DNA of 64,000 nucleotides from Octopus sinensis (GCF_006345805.1 NC_043008.1:58776001-58840000), one strand, 5' to 3'; counted from the first letter of the stretch, positions 37,621-50,773 are shown. Made by a program: numbers and translations. The notes: generated by a model from the sequence alone, not told the origin.

Positions 37621-40600
37621 AGCTTTACTTTCTCTCATTCACACTTCTATCAATCTAACTATCTATCTATCCATCTGGTCAGCCTATCACCGGTCGATTT
37701 GACAGCCTGTTTGGCTATCTGTTATCAGGCTTGCCAGATATTTATGCGTCCAAAATGGCTTTACGTTCAACATGATATAACTGAATGCTTATCGGTGTTA
37801 GTATTTGCATATATATTATCTCAGTTGAATACACATCCAGTTAAACAGTCTCCTTTTATGCTGAGAAGATATTTTCAGCGGTGTGTGTTTAATGATAAAG
37901 ACTCCTGCATAAATAAATATGACATCAGGAGTATGTCCCTATTTTTGGTTTCCTTCATCTCATTTGTGAGTTGGTAATCAGTAATTGATGAATTAATTAG
38001 GCTGCAAGGCTTTATTATAACTATTATTTTCATGAGGATGTCTGGCTATTTTAATGGCAATATTTGCATTTTTCTGCTTTTGAATTTGTATTGTATTAGT
38101 TAATAACTAGAAATTTTTTTATCACCAAAGTTGTCAAAAATTTCCTCCGTTGCTGTGAGCTAATCTGAACCATAAAACATTAAAAGTAGTGGTTTTATCT
38201 TTTAATTATCATGCATAACCCGGCAGAGCAATTGTGTTCTTACTTGAGAATGAAAAGCTGAATTTCCGATCTTCATGACCGCTTTAAAATGGTTTCATGG
38301 ACATAACAGGATGTGATTAAGTGCGATTTATCCATTGAGAACAGGCCCGATTTAATAGAATTATAGACCTCTCGAGGTCTATAATGCACATAGCCCCTCC
38401 CCCTAAATGCAAAGCAACAGATGAATTGTATCGCTAGATACATGAGACCACAGGTAAATTGGTCAGAGTACACTTGTTTTAAGACAGTACTGATTGAGAG
38501 GCATGACATTAACTCGATAAAAGATAATTTCATAATTGTATAGGCGTTAAGCTGCAGTAATTCGGTGACACTACAATTGCATGGTTGAATGTTACAATTG
38601 AACCAAATATTAAACGCCAAAAGTAATAGAGTAGATACATGTTGACTTTAAATAATGTGAGAGCTGATACATTCCAAGATTAACAGCAATTGTAGTTGTG
38701 GAGCAATCATTTAACGTACGGCTGCCATAACTTTTAATCAAGGAAACATTCCATTAAATCAAAGATTTTAATATAGTCATTACACATAGACGTTTTAAAA
38801 ATTGTTATATAAAGTAAAAATCCATGTGTACATTGGCAAGTAAGAAGTCAAGAGATCTGTTTTAGCGTTTTAGGGTCGATTACCATAAAGGTCCCTCTTT
38901 CCGAGTTGATCTTATTTTCTTTCCCCGCTTCTTTTTTTTATCTCTCCCTCTCTCTCTTTGAGGATCTGTGCGTCTCTCTGTAAGCTGGATTAAGAAAGTC
39001 CTATACTACATATATGACCACGGCGTTCCTACAACAGCGTTGTGAATTGTGGCCCTGAGGTAACATGATTACACACACACAAACACATATACGCATAAAT
39101 ATATGCATATATGCACACACACATATATATATATATATCCATACATACACATATATATATGCACACATACATATACATACGCACACACACACATACATAC
39201 ATACATATATATATAACAATTTACCTTGGTGTAATTTGGGTTGTGCCATTTGTTTGTGTAAAATATTATTTATTGCTTTGTTTTCCATTTGTGATATATA
39301 TATATATATATGCGTGTGTGTGTGTGTGTGTGTGTGTGTATTCTTCACAGATAGATATATAGATCGAAATTATATATATATATATAAATTTTTATATACA
39401 TATACAAATTTATATATATATATTCGATCTATATATCTGTTTATCTATGTGAAGATACATATATGTACCAGTAAAACACTGGGGTCGAAGTAATCGACTT
39501 GTCCCCTCGACCAAAATTTAAAGCTTTTTTGCTTTTAGTAGAAAGGATTATTATCATTATTATTATTATTATTATTATTATTGTTATCGCAGAACTCGTA
39601 GCAAGCAGGTCAAAATACTTAACGACATTTCGTCTATCATTACGACCAGAATTTAAATTCTCCCAACGTAAATTTTGTCCTTCATACTTTCGATGTCGAA
39701 TCTCTATTCACCGCTATGCACTAGACCCTCCCCACAAATTTGAGGCGTTGTGCGTATACTGGAAAATATAATTATAATGATTAGTAGTAGCACTAGTTGC
39801 TGATGTAATAGTACTTGAGAGTATTAGACTGTGAGTTAACAAATTACTTAACTAATCATTTGTATGAGTAGTCTTTGATACGGTGCCTCAAAATAGAATG
39901 CCTGCAGGTGATGTAGTGTCTGTAGCAAAATCTCGGTTTCGTCGCTGCCAATGTACTCAGACATTAAATCGATTTAAACAAAAGAACAAAAAAAAAAAAC
40001 TGAATTATATATAACAAAATTTCTCGAATGTATACTTTAATATATATGCATGACAATATATTTTTATATTTAGTTATATGCGTATAGTGTACATTCATGT
40101 ATTTAGAGCTAGATGCTGGCAACTAAAATATTTAAATGCAGGAAGTGTTTCATCTCAATACGGTTTTTTTGATTAAATTATATATAATTAAGTCAGGCAC
40201 TGATTTTGTATTGGCAAAGCTTTAAAATTTATGAAGATATTATTGGCTTAAAGTAAATTTATATATATTCTTGCTTCGATTCTTATGAGATATCTTACTT
40301 GATTATATTTTCTAGTTCAGTAGATATTGTTTTAAATTAAAGATTTAGACGCTAATATTGATTCTATGGGTGTTATGGAGATAGAATTAGATTATAATTG
40401 TTTCAATAATTGGCAGAAGGCGGGCAATTTCAGGTGTGTGTGTGTGGCTTAGTCGATTACATCGATCAGCAGTTCTTAAAATGCTTCTTATTTTATCGAT
40501 CCCGGTATCAAAAATGGCAAAGTCAACCTCAGTGGAATTTGAACTTAGAATGCAGAGATAGCTGAAATGCTGCTAACGATTCTGCATTCTGCCAGCTCGC

Positions 40601-40641
40601 CACCTTAAAAATTAGATTATAGTGCAGGGAAAGATTTTAGC

Positions 40642-41136
40642 TATATATGAATCTGGCCAACGTCAAAAAAGAAACATCCGATGCTAGTTTCAATTCCAGC
40701 GAATTGGTTTCCTTAATACGTGTTCTTGTTACCAATTGATATTTCATCAATATACCAGCAACACTAATTTTATGCCATTTGACATAACAATCCTGTTCTT
40801 TGCCTCAAGAAGGATGTCATGTAATACCGATAAATTTTGCAATGATTGTTCAAGTACCAAATTACACACAAGCAATAAAACCTTAGCCGGATCGATAGTG
40901 TCATGAAAAACAGTTCCGATATTTTGTCATTTTCTCTGAAATGGTGCCATAGGTGATGGCTACCATGGATATATCTACCGGAAAACACACAGGATGACAT
41001 AAGAATATTAGAAGTCAGCATTATATTATTGAGATTGCCTTCTCTACCACCACTCCTTTTAATGGCAACCAGGTAGGAAATATGCTATGCCTCCATTGCC
41101 AAGCATAGAATGATCGGTATTTTCTTTCTTTCACAT
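40642..41136 (-). repeat. Second direct copy of the 36966-37466 segment
   Basis: tatatatgaatctggcca.cgtcaaaaaagaaac...gccaagcatagaat.atcggtatt, highly similar by eye. Confidence 0.9.
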
Positions 41137-41199
41137 TTGACTCAACGTTTTCCCGTTAGATAGCAATAATCTCTGTTTCAATATGACGCTATTTATACT

Positions 41200-41760
41200 G
41201 TTTTTCCTTCTCGAGTCATGCCTGGCTTATAAGGACCGGTTTCCTAGTTTCCTTGGCGTATAGGTTCCCCACGTAGACGGGACGCCGGTCCGTTGCACGT
41301 GAGCTGCAAGATGCAGGAGGGAAGAGTGAGAGAAAACTGTGGCGAAAGAGTCAGCTCAAGTTTCGCCATTACCTTCTGCCAGAGCCCGGTGGAGCTTAGG
41401 TGTTTCGCTCATAAACACACACATCACCCGGTCTGAGATTTGAACCCCCGATCCTTCAACCGCGAGTCCGCTGCTCTAGCTACTAGGTCATGTGCCTCCA
41501 CACTATAAATGTTCCTTCTCGAGCCATGGCAGGCTCATAAAGGCCGGTTTCCCGATTTCAGTGGCGTAGAAATTCCCCACCTAGACGGGATGCCGGTTCG
41601 TCGCAGGATTATACATTTTTGCCCGCTGAGTGGACTGGTGTAACGTGAAATGAAGTGTTTTGCTCAAGAACACAACGCATCGCTCGGTCCAAGAATCGAA
41701 ACTACAACCTTACGTTCATAAGTTCAACACCCTAACCACTAAGCAACGCGCCTCCACACT
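41200..41760 (-). mobile_element. Two tandem tRNA-derived SINEs with different heads and the same tail (ending ctcgagaaggaa on minus)
   Basis: ttccttctcgag at ~41205 and ~41512; a C-type head ends at ~41502 and a D-type head at ~41759. Confidence 0.8.
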
Positions 41761-42189
41761 ATTTATAATACATAGGAGAAAGTTGAATAACCTTACTCAG
41801 GAAAAATTGCCACAGCCATATATAAATATACGAAAACTTCCTAATCAGTGTACCACTCGTGATCGCTAATGTAAAGAGATTAGACAGTGATAACTTTAAT
41901 TTTGTATTATACTGCAGTATCTTTTTTACGTATTACTTTCGTAGTTTATTTGCCTTTTGGGGATAGATATTCAACAAGAGAAGCAACTTGCTTACAATGT
42001 AAAACTTTGATTTTAAATACGAGATTTTCAGATTGCTGATTCAGCAGAATTTAGCGCACATGCTGAAGTTTTCCCGAAAAATAACTTTAAAATCACATCT
42101 GTAAACAGCAGGCTTACAGCTATACATGAATTGCGTTTCAATTAAGTTTCTACATAAAATAAAGAGTATAAAATAGCATTACAATATTG

Positions 42190-42590
42190 GTTTCAAATTT
42201 TTGGTAAAAGGCAAGCAATTCTTACATGGGGCTAATTCGATTACATCGACCCCAGTTATCAACAGGTACTTGCTCGACTGTTATTTCAAAGTCCCAGAAA
42301 AAATAAAAGGCAAAGTTGACCTCGGTGGAATTTGAAGTCAGATCCTAAAAGATAGACGAAATGCCGCTAAGTATTTTTCCTGCTGTCGGCAAAATTTACA
42401 AATGTCTTTTCTGCTCTAGGCACAAGGCACAAAATTTTAGCGGGTGAGATAGTCGATTAGATCGACCCTGTACGCAACTGGTACTTAATTCAGCGACCAC
42501 GAACCGATGAAATCAAAGTCGACCTCGGCGTAATTTGAACTCAGAACCTAAAGGCAGACGAAATGCCGCTAAGTATTTTTCCCGGTGCGG
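42190..42590 (-). mobile_element. Two family-A SINE copies
   Basis: aaaggcaaagttgacctcggtggaatttgaa and aaagtcgacctcggcgtaatttgaactcagaac modules. Confidence 0.8.
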
Positions 42591-43789
42591 GCAAAATTTA
42601 CAAATATCAACAGTAATTCTACAATTACAACCAAAAAGAATGGTTTTGAGAAAGTTCTTTCATTGGTACACAGTTGGATCTCATGAGCAATACTATATCG
42701 GCACATAGACACATAACTGCAGAGAGTTTCGCCAGAATCATGCATAAATCATATTTGCTTTGAACATTTGGTTTAACGGTAGTTCATACCTACATCGATT
42801 TGGAGGTATTAAATTCGTGACATTTATGTATTACAAACCAAACAAAACAAACCTTAGTTAAATTTTCAAACATGAAGAATGTTCTGTTGTAAACAACTTT
42901 AGTTAGCCTGGTATCCTAGCGATTACTTTCATGAAGATACCAAAGTTTTTAAAGTTAGTACTGATGCAGAAAACTGTCACGAACCGCATGATATGTGTAC
43001 GTAAAACCTATTGTTATACAACACTTTTAAGAAATCCTCACAAAATGAGTTTGTTAACATTAACAAGTATAATATAATAAAATATTATATATATATATAT
43101 ATATTCGTGTGTGTCTGTGTGTATGTGTGTTTGTGAAACACGGGTGTCACAACATAACCCGGATGATTGCGCAACTCATGAAAGTACTAGTTTATCTCAA
43201 ATTTGTAAAATTATAAATAATAAAAACCTGAAAATAAGAGTAAATTGGAATTTCATAGATGAATGTGTGTGTTGTGCTCTTCAACAAGACACTTTAATGA
43301 CACTTTATTTCCCGTTGCTCCATTCAGCTCAAGAAAACAATTGTGATATCATAGATTCCAAGCTGTATCGGGGTTTGTCTTTCATTTGAAAACGGAAAAG
43401 GCCGATACAGCTTTCCACCAGCGTTGAGAAGGGATACTGGTATGCACACTACATGTCTACATCACATTCATATATCAATTTTTTATTACCTACAGGGAGC
43501 TATACAAAGAATGGGACAAATACAAAACGTGACAGACATAAACTCGGGGAACTTAAAAACACAAAAAAAAGATGAAATAAGAAGAAAAAACTTAAAAGAA
43601 ACGACTGAAAATATGAAAGAGTGTAAAATGAGGCGCAATGCCCGCTCGACCTGCAAAGTCGAGTGGTTACATTTAGATAGTTTTTCTCTTTTTCATAAAA
43701 TGAAAATTTATTTCAATGGTCTTTTTTCCCACAAAATTACATTAGAATTTTTATTTTTATTTTTTCGAAATCGATTACAGGAGGTGGAA

Positions 43790-43985
43790 TCTCATGCAAC
43801 GAACACCATTTCACCAGTTTTACATGTTTAGCAAATCCATCCATGAATCTTTCATACCTCTCCCTAGATATCTAAACACGTCTATCATCTGTACCAAAAC
43901 TGTTTCCTTATAGCTTCACTCTCACCAGTCCCTTCACTTTCGCAATTTTTCTTTCCACATCCACACTTTTTTCCGACGTTATAAA
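43790..43985 (-). mobile_element. Possible LINE reverse-transcriptase relic
   Basis: Minus strand VQMIDVFRYLG resembles the RT V..F.YLG motif; otherwise heavily decayed. Confidence 0.35.
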
Positions 43986-44056
43986 GGCACCCTCATAGTT
44001 ATATAGTTCATATATGTTCATATATGTAAGGTCACCTTCATATTTATATAGGGAAC

Positions 44057-44724
44057 TTTACCTTTTGTCCTACAGATTAAAAAAATAATCTTCTGTAACT
44101 AAACACTTTCAAACTTCGGACACTGGTAGAATATGTCATATAAAACATCTTTTACTCTTAGCATTTTTGAGAAAAACTTATATTTATGAAGTTATTTCAC
44201 GTTAAAGTAGTCCTATTTCGGTAATTTCAGCCAATCAACGACGTTTATTCAGCTGAATAAAATTACTGCCGTTGTTTGTCAACGACTATCGGTGGGGTAT
44301 TTTTCGTTTGTCACTGTTATTTATGACATCGTTCGTGCGTTTGTACATGTTCTAGCTTTAAGGTTTTAGGGCTAGGGTTGGGGATTTATGGTTGGGATTT
44401 TAGGGTTAGGATTAGTGTTTAAAGGTTAGGGTTAGGGTTAAGGTTTTATGCTTAGGGTTAGGGCTTTAGGATTAGGGTTGTCAAACAAAAAATACACCGC
44501 CGGAAATTCTTGTTGATAAAGAACGGCAGTAATTTTATTCAGCTGAATACACGTCATTGATTGGTTGAAATTACCGAAATAGGACTACTTTAACGTGAAA
44601 TTCGTTTTTCTCAAAAATGCTAAGAGTAAAAGATGTTTTATACGACACATTCTATCAGTGTACGAAGTTTGAAAGTGTTGAGTTACAAAAAATTATTTTT
44701 TAAATCTGAAAGTCAAAAGGTAAA
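44057..44724. mobile_element. Foldback element with ~250-bp inverted arms and a degenerate (TTAGGG)n core
   Basis: tttaccttttgtcctacagatt...aatctgaaagtcaaaaggtaaa termini; arms pair throughout; ttagggttagg repeats at ~44358-44480. Confidence 0.9.
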
Positions 44725-45158
44725 ATAGTTCATAACATTCATATATGTGTGTATATATACATATGCATGTGTATATATTATATACATATATACACACGCA
44801 CTGCACTTACGCATATCTATATACGTGTTTGTGTATTTGTATTCATAATCAACTCAATCTTTGCGCTTGGAGAGGCTGCAATTAACAGACAGTCGTGAGG
44901 CGAAATTTGTTGGTATTTATAGTAAAAGTTAATCACTTTCCTTCAAAACTGAATTATACTGAATTAGTTTCTAGTATGTCTTCATTTCATATTACATGTG
45001 CTTAGTTTGTAATTGCGAAACATTTCGCCGTGAATTCTAGACTTACGAATCGTATGATCGCTAACATACACTTTGGTCAGACATCATGTTTTACACTCTC
45101 AAACGAACCAATATCTATTTAGAAGAATTGTTTAAACGCAGAACATGTGGAACCGTGC

Positions 45159-45192
<34 letters not shown>

Positions 45193-45231
45193 ATATATAT
45201 ATATATTATATATATATATATATAATATATA

Positions 45232-45400
45232 TTTAGGGGAGAATTCACACAAAAAAAACAAAAGACAAAGACAGGTGGTGTAGACAACAAACAGATGTAT
45301 TACTTTAACGCTGGGGAATTAAAATGTCTTTAACGTTTCGAGCCTTCGCTCTTCCACGGAAATGAACACAGAAAGAAACAGGGAGCGAAAATAAAGAATG
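45232..45400. mobile_element. Penelope-like terminal-repeat fragment (inverted homologue of 3840-4022)
   Basis: gtctttaacgtttcgagccttcgctcttccac; follows (TA)n. Confidence 0.6.
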
Positions 45401-45668
45401 TGTAGTGGCGAATGCCAGACAGAGGGGTCACACAGGAGAGCTAAGAAGAAGGGGCGATAAATGAAGTGGTGGTGATCCCAATTTTCCGGAACCGTTTGTT
45501 TCAAAGCCTTTGCGAATTAAAGGTTACTCTGATCAAAAGGTGCTGAACTTTGTCGACAGGTTCTAAATATATACACAGGTAGTTGTGCATCTGTGTAAGC
45601 TGATGTCGATTATGAGAACCTGGACAGTGTCCAGAAAGTAGGTGGTCTGTCTTGCTCTCTCTCTCTTG

Positions 45669-45721
<53 letters not shown>

Positions 45722-45723
<2 letters not shown>

Positions 45724-45928
45724 TTGTACTTGTTTCAGTCATTTGACTGCGGCCATGCTGGAGCACCGCCTTTTGAGTACAGCAGGGATCACCACCTCCT
45801 GCCGGAGCCTCGTGGAGCTTTTAGGTGTTTTCGCTCAATAAACACACACAACGCCCGGTCTGGGAATCGAAACCGCGATCCTCCGACCGCAAGTCCGCTG
45901 CCCTAACCACTAGGCCATTGCGCCTCCA
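45722..45928 (-). mobile_element. Chimeric SINE: family-C head joined to the family-B tail, with poly(A)
   Basis: Minus strand ggaggcgcaatggcctagtggttagggcagc...cagcaggg region, then directly aaggcggtgctccagcatggccgcagtcaaatgactgaaacaagtac(A)n. Confidence 0.85.
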
Positions 45929-45944
45929 TATATATATATATATA

Positions 45945-46165
45945 CATAAATTATTAGAGAGTTACCACTATGTGGATAGCTCTAGTGCTAAAAATAGCTA
46001 AAAATAGCTAAAAATAGCACTAGAGCTATCCACATAGTGGTAACTCTCATAATTTATGTATAAATTTGTATTTTCTCCCTAGTTTTTTTTTTGTGCTAAG
46101 CCACTTGGTGTTAGAATAATGGTATTATTAAATTAATATCAATTTTTCACTCTCATTTATAAATA
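45945..46165. mobile_element. Penelope-like fragment with a perfect 34-bp hairpin
   Basis: 45957-45990 is the exact reverse complement of 46015-46048; 24-nt loop. Confidence 0.7.
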
Positions 46166-47691
46166 TATACATATATAGGTAGACAGATAGGTAAATGTGT
46201 AGGTAGCTGTGTGCATTAATCAATATTATGTATGTGAATATGCATGGAAATTTCTATGTGTATCTACGCGTCTGGCACTTGAACACATCACGTGGAGATT
46301 CGGTGGCACATTGGTCATTTTTCATCCTCCCTAACATCGATTTCACCATTAACTTTTTTGTGAAGTTGCGTAGATGGAAACGTCATAAAATATATCTTAC
46401 ACACACACATATATATTTATATAGGTACACACGCACACACTTATATATATATACGTAGGTACGTGCGTGTGAAAATGTGTATATATGCGTGTATGTATGT
46501 ACGTATCTGTGTGAGTATGGTAGGGAGTATTTTTCGCCCATATATCTCGGTGATGTCAAATATATCGATCGATGGAACCGAAGTAAAATGAAGAAAGACG
46601 TGTTTTCAAATAAAAAAAATAGCATACGTGTTTGTTTTGGTTCGAGTTGCCAAGATAACCCCTTGTGTCCGTGGTCATCAGATGCTCAGTGAAGCATTCA
46701 TGTATGTTTATTTATACGTTTGTTTATTATTTTTTTATTTGGAAATTGTTCGCGTAATGCGATATCAATTCAATAAGTAAAATAATATAAAATAAATTAA
46801 CAAAGAAAGGTAGTTAATACTAGGACACAATGTACAAGATGTTTAAGAATTAGACCAATTCCTTCAGCGACTAATATTCTTTAGAAAACAAATTACGACG
46901 CAGTATTGATTCCTCTTTTAACGATAGGGTGTTTTGTAGATAAGAAAAGAAATATATTTGTAAACAGAAATAAAACATCGTTGGATATTGGGTAAAAACC
47001 TCTCTGAAACTATACCTTACTATGTTAGAAGAATCTCGGTGGAGAATTCAATTGGGTTACACTAAGTTTAACAGAAAAATAAATGATGATGTTCACGTCG
47101 AAAAATGGCTCTTATATTCTAGGTCTACAGGAGGTGAGAGGCTGAACTTGTCTGAACAAAAGTGACGGGAAAAAATCTATTCAATTCAGCTGATCATTTT
47201 TGTAGTTATCGTTTACGTCCTCAAAATGTTTAGGTTTTAAGAGCTTACATTTAAAGAAATACTTCTTAAATGCCATCTTCTGGTGATACAGAAATTGGTG
47301 TGACATCACTCTACTCTTTGTTTATAAGAGGCGATTCAATGAAGATAATCCTGGAATAGATTTTATTGTTGTTTAGGTCTACGTCTATCATGAACAGAGC
47401 TAAATAATTCATTTGCAAAAGTGTTCCCAGGCAGCGAGCTGGCAGAATCAGTAACATATTAGACAAAATTCTTTGTGGCTTTTCTTCGGACGTTTCGTTC
47501 TGAATTCGAAGGTCGATTACATCATCCGCAGTCTAGTACTGAGAATGAGGTGATCGTCTTCCCTCTAATCGAATTTTTTTTTTTTGTCAGTTGCCAAAAT
47601 GAGAAAGAATTATGAACAGCTGTTTTAGTAGTGACCATCACATGGGCTATTTAGAATAGTGTACTTAAAACTATTTTGTAGAAAAACAATC

Positions 47692-48274
47692 GGATCTTTA
47701 CCTTTTGACCGACAGATTTTAAAAAAATAGTTTTTTGTAACTAAACACTTTCAAACTTCGGACACTGGTAGAATGTATCATATAAAATATCTTTTACTCT
47801 TAGCATTTTTGAGAAAAACTTATAGTTACGAAGTTATTTCACGTCTAATTTCTCGTATTTCGGTAATTTCAGCCAATCAATGACGTGTATTCAGCTGGAT
47901 AAAATTACTGCCGTTGTTTGTCAACAAAAACTATCAGCGATGACATCGTTCGTACGTTTGTACGGGTTTTAAAGTTAGGGTTTTACGGCTAGTGTTGTCA
48001 TAAATAACAAGGACAAACGAAATATACACCGTCGGAAGTTCTTATTGACGAGCAACAGCAGTAATTTTATTCAGCTGAATACACGTCACTGGTTGGTTGA
48101 AATTACCGAAATACGAGAACTTTGATGTGAAATAACTTCGTAAATATAAGTTTTTCTCAAAAATGCTAAGAGTAAAAGATATTTTACATGATACATTCTA
48201 CCAGTGTCCGAAGTTTGAAAGTATTTAGTTACAAATAATTACTTTTTAAATCTGTAGGTCCAAAAGTAAAGATC
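47692..48274. mobile_element. Second copy of the TTAGGG-core foldback element (short core)
   Basis: gatctttaccttttgacc...ggtccaaaagtaaagatc termini; arms homologous to 44057-44724. Confidence 0.9.
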
Positions 48275-48440
48275 ATAACAATCCCTTCCCTAACACGGCA
48301 ATATGTAATATGGGGTGGGGGAGTTGTCAACGCATTGAAGTAGTTCAAGGAACCGTATAGTTATTTCCTCGGATTTATTCGATTGGTATCGTAAAAATAA
48401 AATTCCCTTTGGCAGACTAATGAAAAATTGGAAAGTTATA

Positions 48441-48864
48441 TCTTTCTTTATTGCCCACAGGGGGCTAAATATAGAGGGGACAAACGAGGACAGACAAACG
48501 GATTAAGTCGATTACATCGACCCCAGTGTGTAACTTGTACTTATTTAATCGACCCCGAAAGATGGAAAGGCAAAGTCGACCTCGGAGGAATTTGAACTCA
48601 AAACAAAGAGGCAGACGAAATACCTATTTCTTTATTACCCACAAGGGGCTAAACATAGAGGGGACAAACAAGGACAGACAAACGGTTTAAGTCGATTACA
48701 TCGACCCCAGTGCTCAACTGATACTTATTTAATCGACCCCGAAAGGATGAAAGGCAAAGTCGACCTCGGCGGAATTTGAACTCAAAACGAAGAGGCAGAC
48801 GAAATACCGCTAGACAATGCGCCCGGCCTTATAACAATTGTGCCAGTTCGTCGCCCTCAAGAAC
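48441..48864 (-). mobile_element. Dimeric family-A SINE with 12-bp TSD
   Basis: tggaaagttata at 48429-48440 and 48865-48876; internal junction at ~48624. Confidence 0.9.
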
Positions 48865-49659
48865 TGGAAAGTTATAGTTATCCAATTATACTATATTATA
48901 TTTTCCCATTTACTGCACGAAGAAAGTTGAAAAATTTAAGTTTCCTCTGCTACAGTATAAAATCATCTGATAGTTACACACACACACGCAAATACATAGA
49001 CACGCGTACAAGTCGAGGTTTATGTAAATTAAGCTCAGGGCGGGGAACATAAATTTGGTTGACAGCAAGCACAATGTTTTGTGTAAATTTATTCTTTTAA
49101 CATGCTGAAACTGGTCAGAGCTGTTGGATATCTTCACAATGACAAAATTCAAATGAGATTAATTTTAATCGTCCTAACACGCTGTAAAATAATTATTTAT
49201 GCTACTTTATACATGTTTTAATTTTGTTTTCCTCATTTCGAAGTGACAATGTCTGGCGAATTTATCGCTGATGATATATCAGTAATTCTTTGGCTAATGT
49301 AGATAGCACATTTCTCGAACAATAATTTTATATTCCGACAGACAACCTCTGTTTTTATCCTGAGAGACTTAGTGAAGTATGAAAATTGAATAAATAACAT
49401 CCAAACAGATTAGGGTAAAATCTCAAATCCAGTATTTTCATTAATACTACCAATAATTCAGCTCATAAATATAAGCAAATGTATGTGGCATTCAATTTAA
49501 TCAAGGCAGATACTTAACGAATTACAGACAGTGGAGAGCCAGGTGGTATTAATCGCATCTAATGCGTATAACTACGCATTAGACGCCAATTTTGTGATTT
49601 ACACCAATATCAATTTATATTATTTTACACTAATTATCTATAAAAAAACAAAGGATCAA

Positions 49660-49885
49660 CTTGTCCTTCTCGAGCCATTAGTTCATGAGTCCGGTTTGTC
49701 GGATTCGGTGGAAGCTAGATACTCACCCCTCTCGACGGAAATCAGGTCCGTTGCAGGATTACTCCCTTTGTCAGCAGACTGGACGAGAACAACTTGAAAT
49801 GAAGTGTTTTGCTCAACAACAGAACAACGTATCACCGAGTCCAGGAACCGAAACAACAATCTGAAGACCATTAGCGCAACACCTA
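49660..49885 (-). mobile_element. Degenerate D-head SINE with the ctcgagaagg tail
   Basis: ccttctcgagcc...gaaatgaagtgttttgctcaa homology to 41512-41759. Confidence 0.65.
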
Positions 49886-50399
49886 CTTTTAACTTACTTG
49901 ATATTGCAGCTCACAGACCTTTTTCTTGGCTGAGTTCTTCATATTATACATATGCAAAAGGTGCTAAGCTGGCAGATTAGGTACCAATTGAGCGGTGGGG
50001 TCGATGTAATCGACTAACTCCATCCTTAAAATTGCTGGCCTTGTATGAAATATGAAAGATTTATTAAGATAGATAGTTGGCAGAATCATTAACACGCCGG
50101 ACTAAATACTGAGTGGCATTTCTTCCGGTTTCATCTTGTGATTTCAAATTACGCCGAGATCGATTTGTCTCATCCTTTTCGGGCCGAAAAATTAAGTACC
50201 ATTTGGACACTGGGGTCAGTATACTCGACTAGCCCTCTCCCCTCAACCAAAACTTCAGTTCCCTGAGTAGAAAAGAATTATAAATATGTGGGCTATGTTG
50301 CATAAGGTTTTTTTTGAAAATATTGTACTGCAAACCCTAGTGCAAAGGGGCAAAAACCAACCTCTGGCTATGCATGCGAGCTTGTATTTTTTTTCAGCC

Positions 50400-50773
50400 T
50401 CTCTTAACCCAACTTTGGTTTGCTTCGTATAACCACAAAACCAAGTACTTGCTTTGATTTTTGCAGCCAGGTTAACTGACGCTTTTGTTGGAAATTGGAT
50501 TTCGATTCGCTTTGCATTGGTTTGTATAGCAAATCACACTAACCTGTAATTTGATTTCTATAACCACTTAAATTAATTTTCAGCTTGATTTCTCCGGTTG
50601 CTACAATCGGCATATAATTTGTCTTGTCCAGCCATTGAAACAACTGTAGCACGGTTTATGTATGAATTCAAATTGACCTCTAGCTTAGTTTCTTGAGACA
50701 CACTGAATTTTAGTTTGGTTTCTGCAGTCACTTTAATCAATTATAATTTGGTTTCTCCAACCACTCTGACTAA
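50400..50773. repeat. Cryptic ~33-bp minisatellite, continuing at 52803-52960 after the retroelement insertion
   Basis: Recurring ttg(g/a)tttct..a.ccact motif at ~50414, 50453, 50517, 50550, 50584, 50618, 50684, 50714 and 50747. Confidence 0.7.

Noticed and set aside
38273-38620. 115-aa minus-strand ORF with an internal acceptor-like site
   Set aside because: No homology recognised, atypical composition and no supporting neighbouring exons
43424-43831. 135-aa ORF with a strong internal acceptor (ttattacctacag)
   Set aside because: No recognisable domain, no convincing donor, poly(A)-like composition; the right end abuts a LINE relic
44358-44480. True telomere or chromosome-fusion scar
   Set aside because: Repeats are short, degenerate, single-orientation and enclosed by the arms of a multi-copy element
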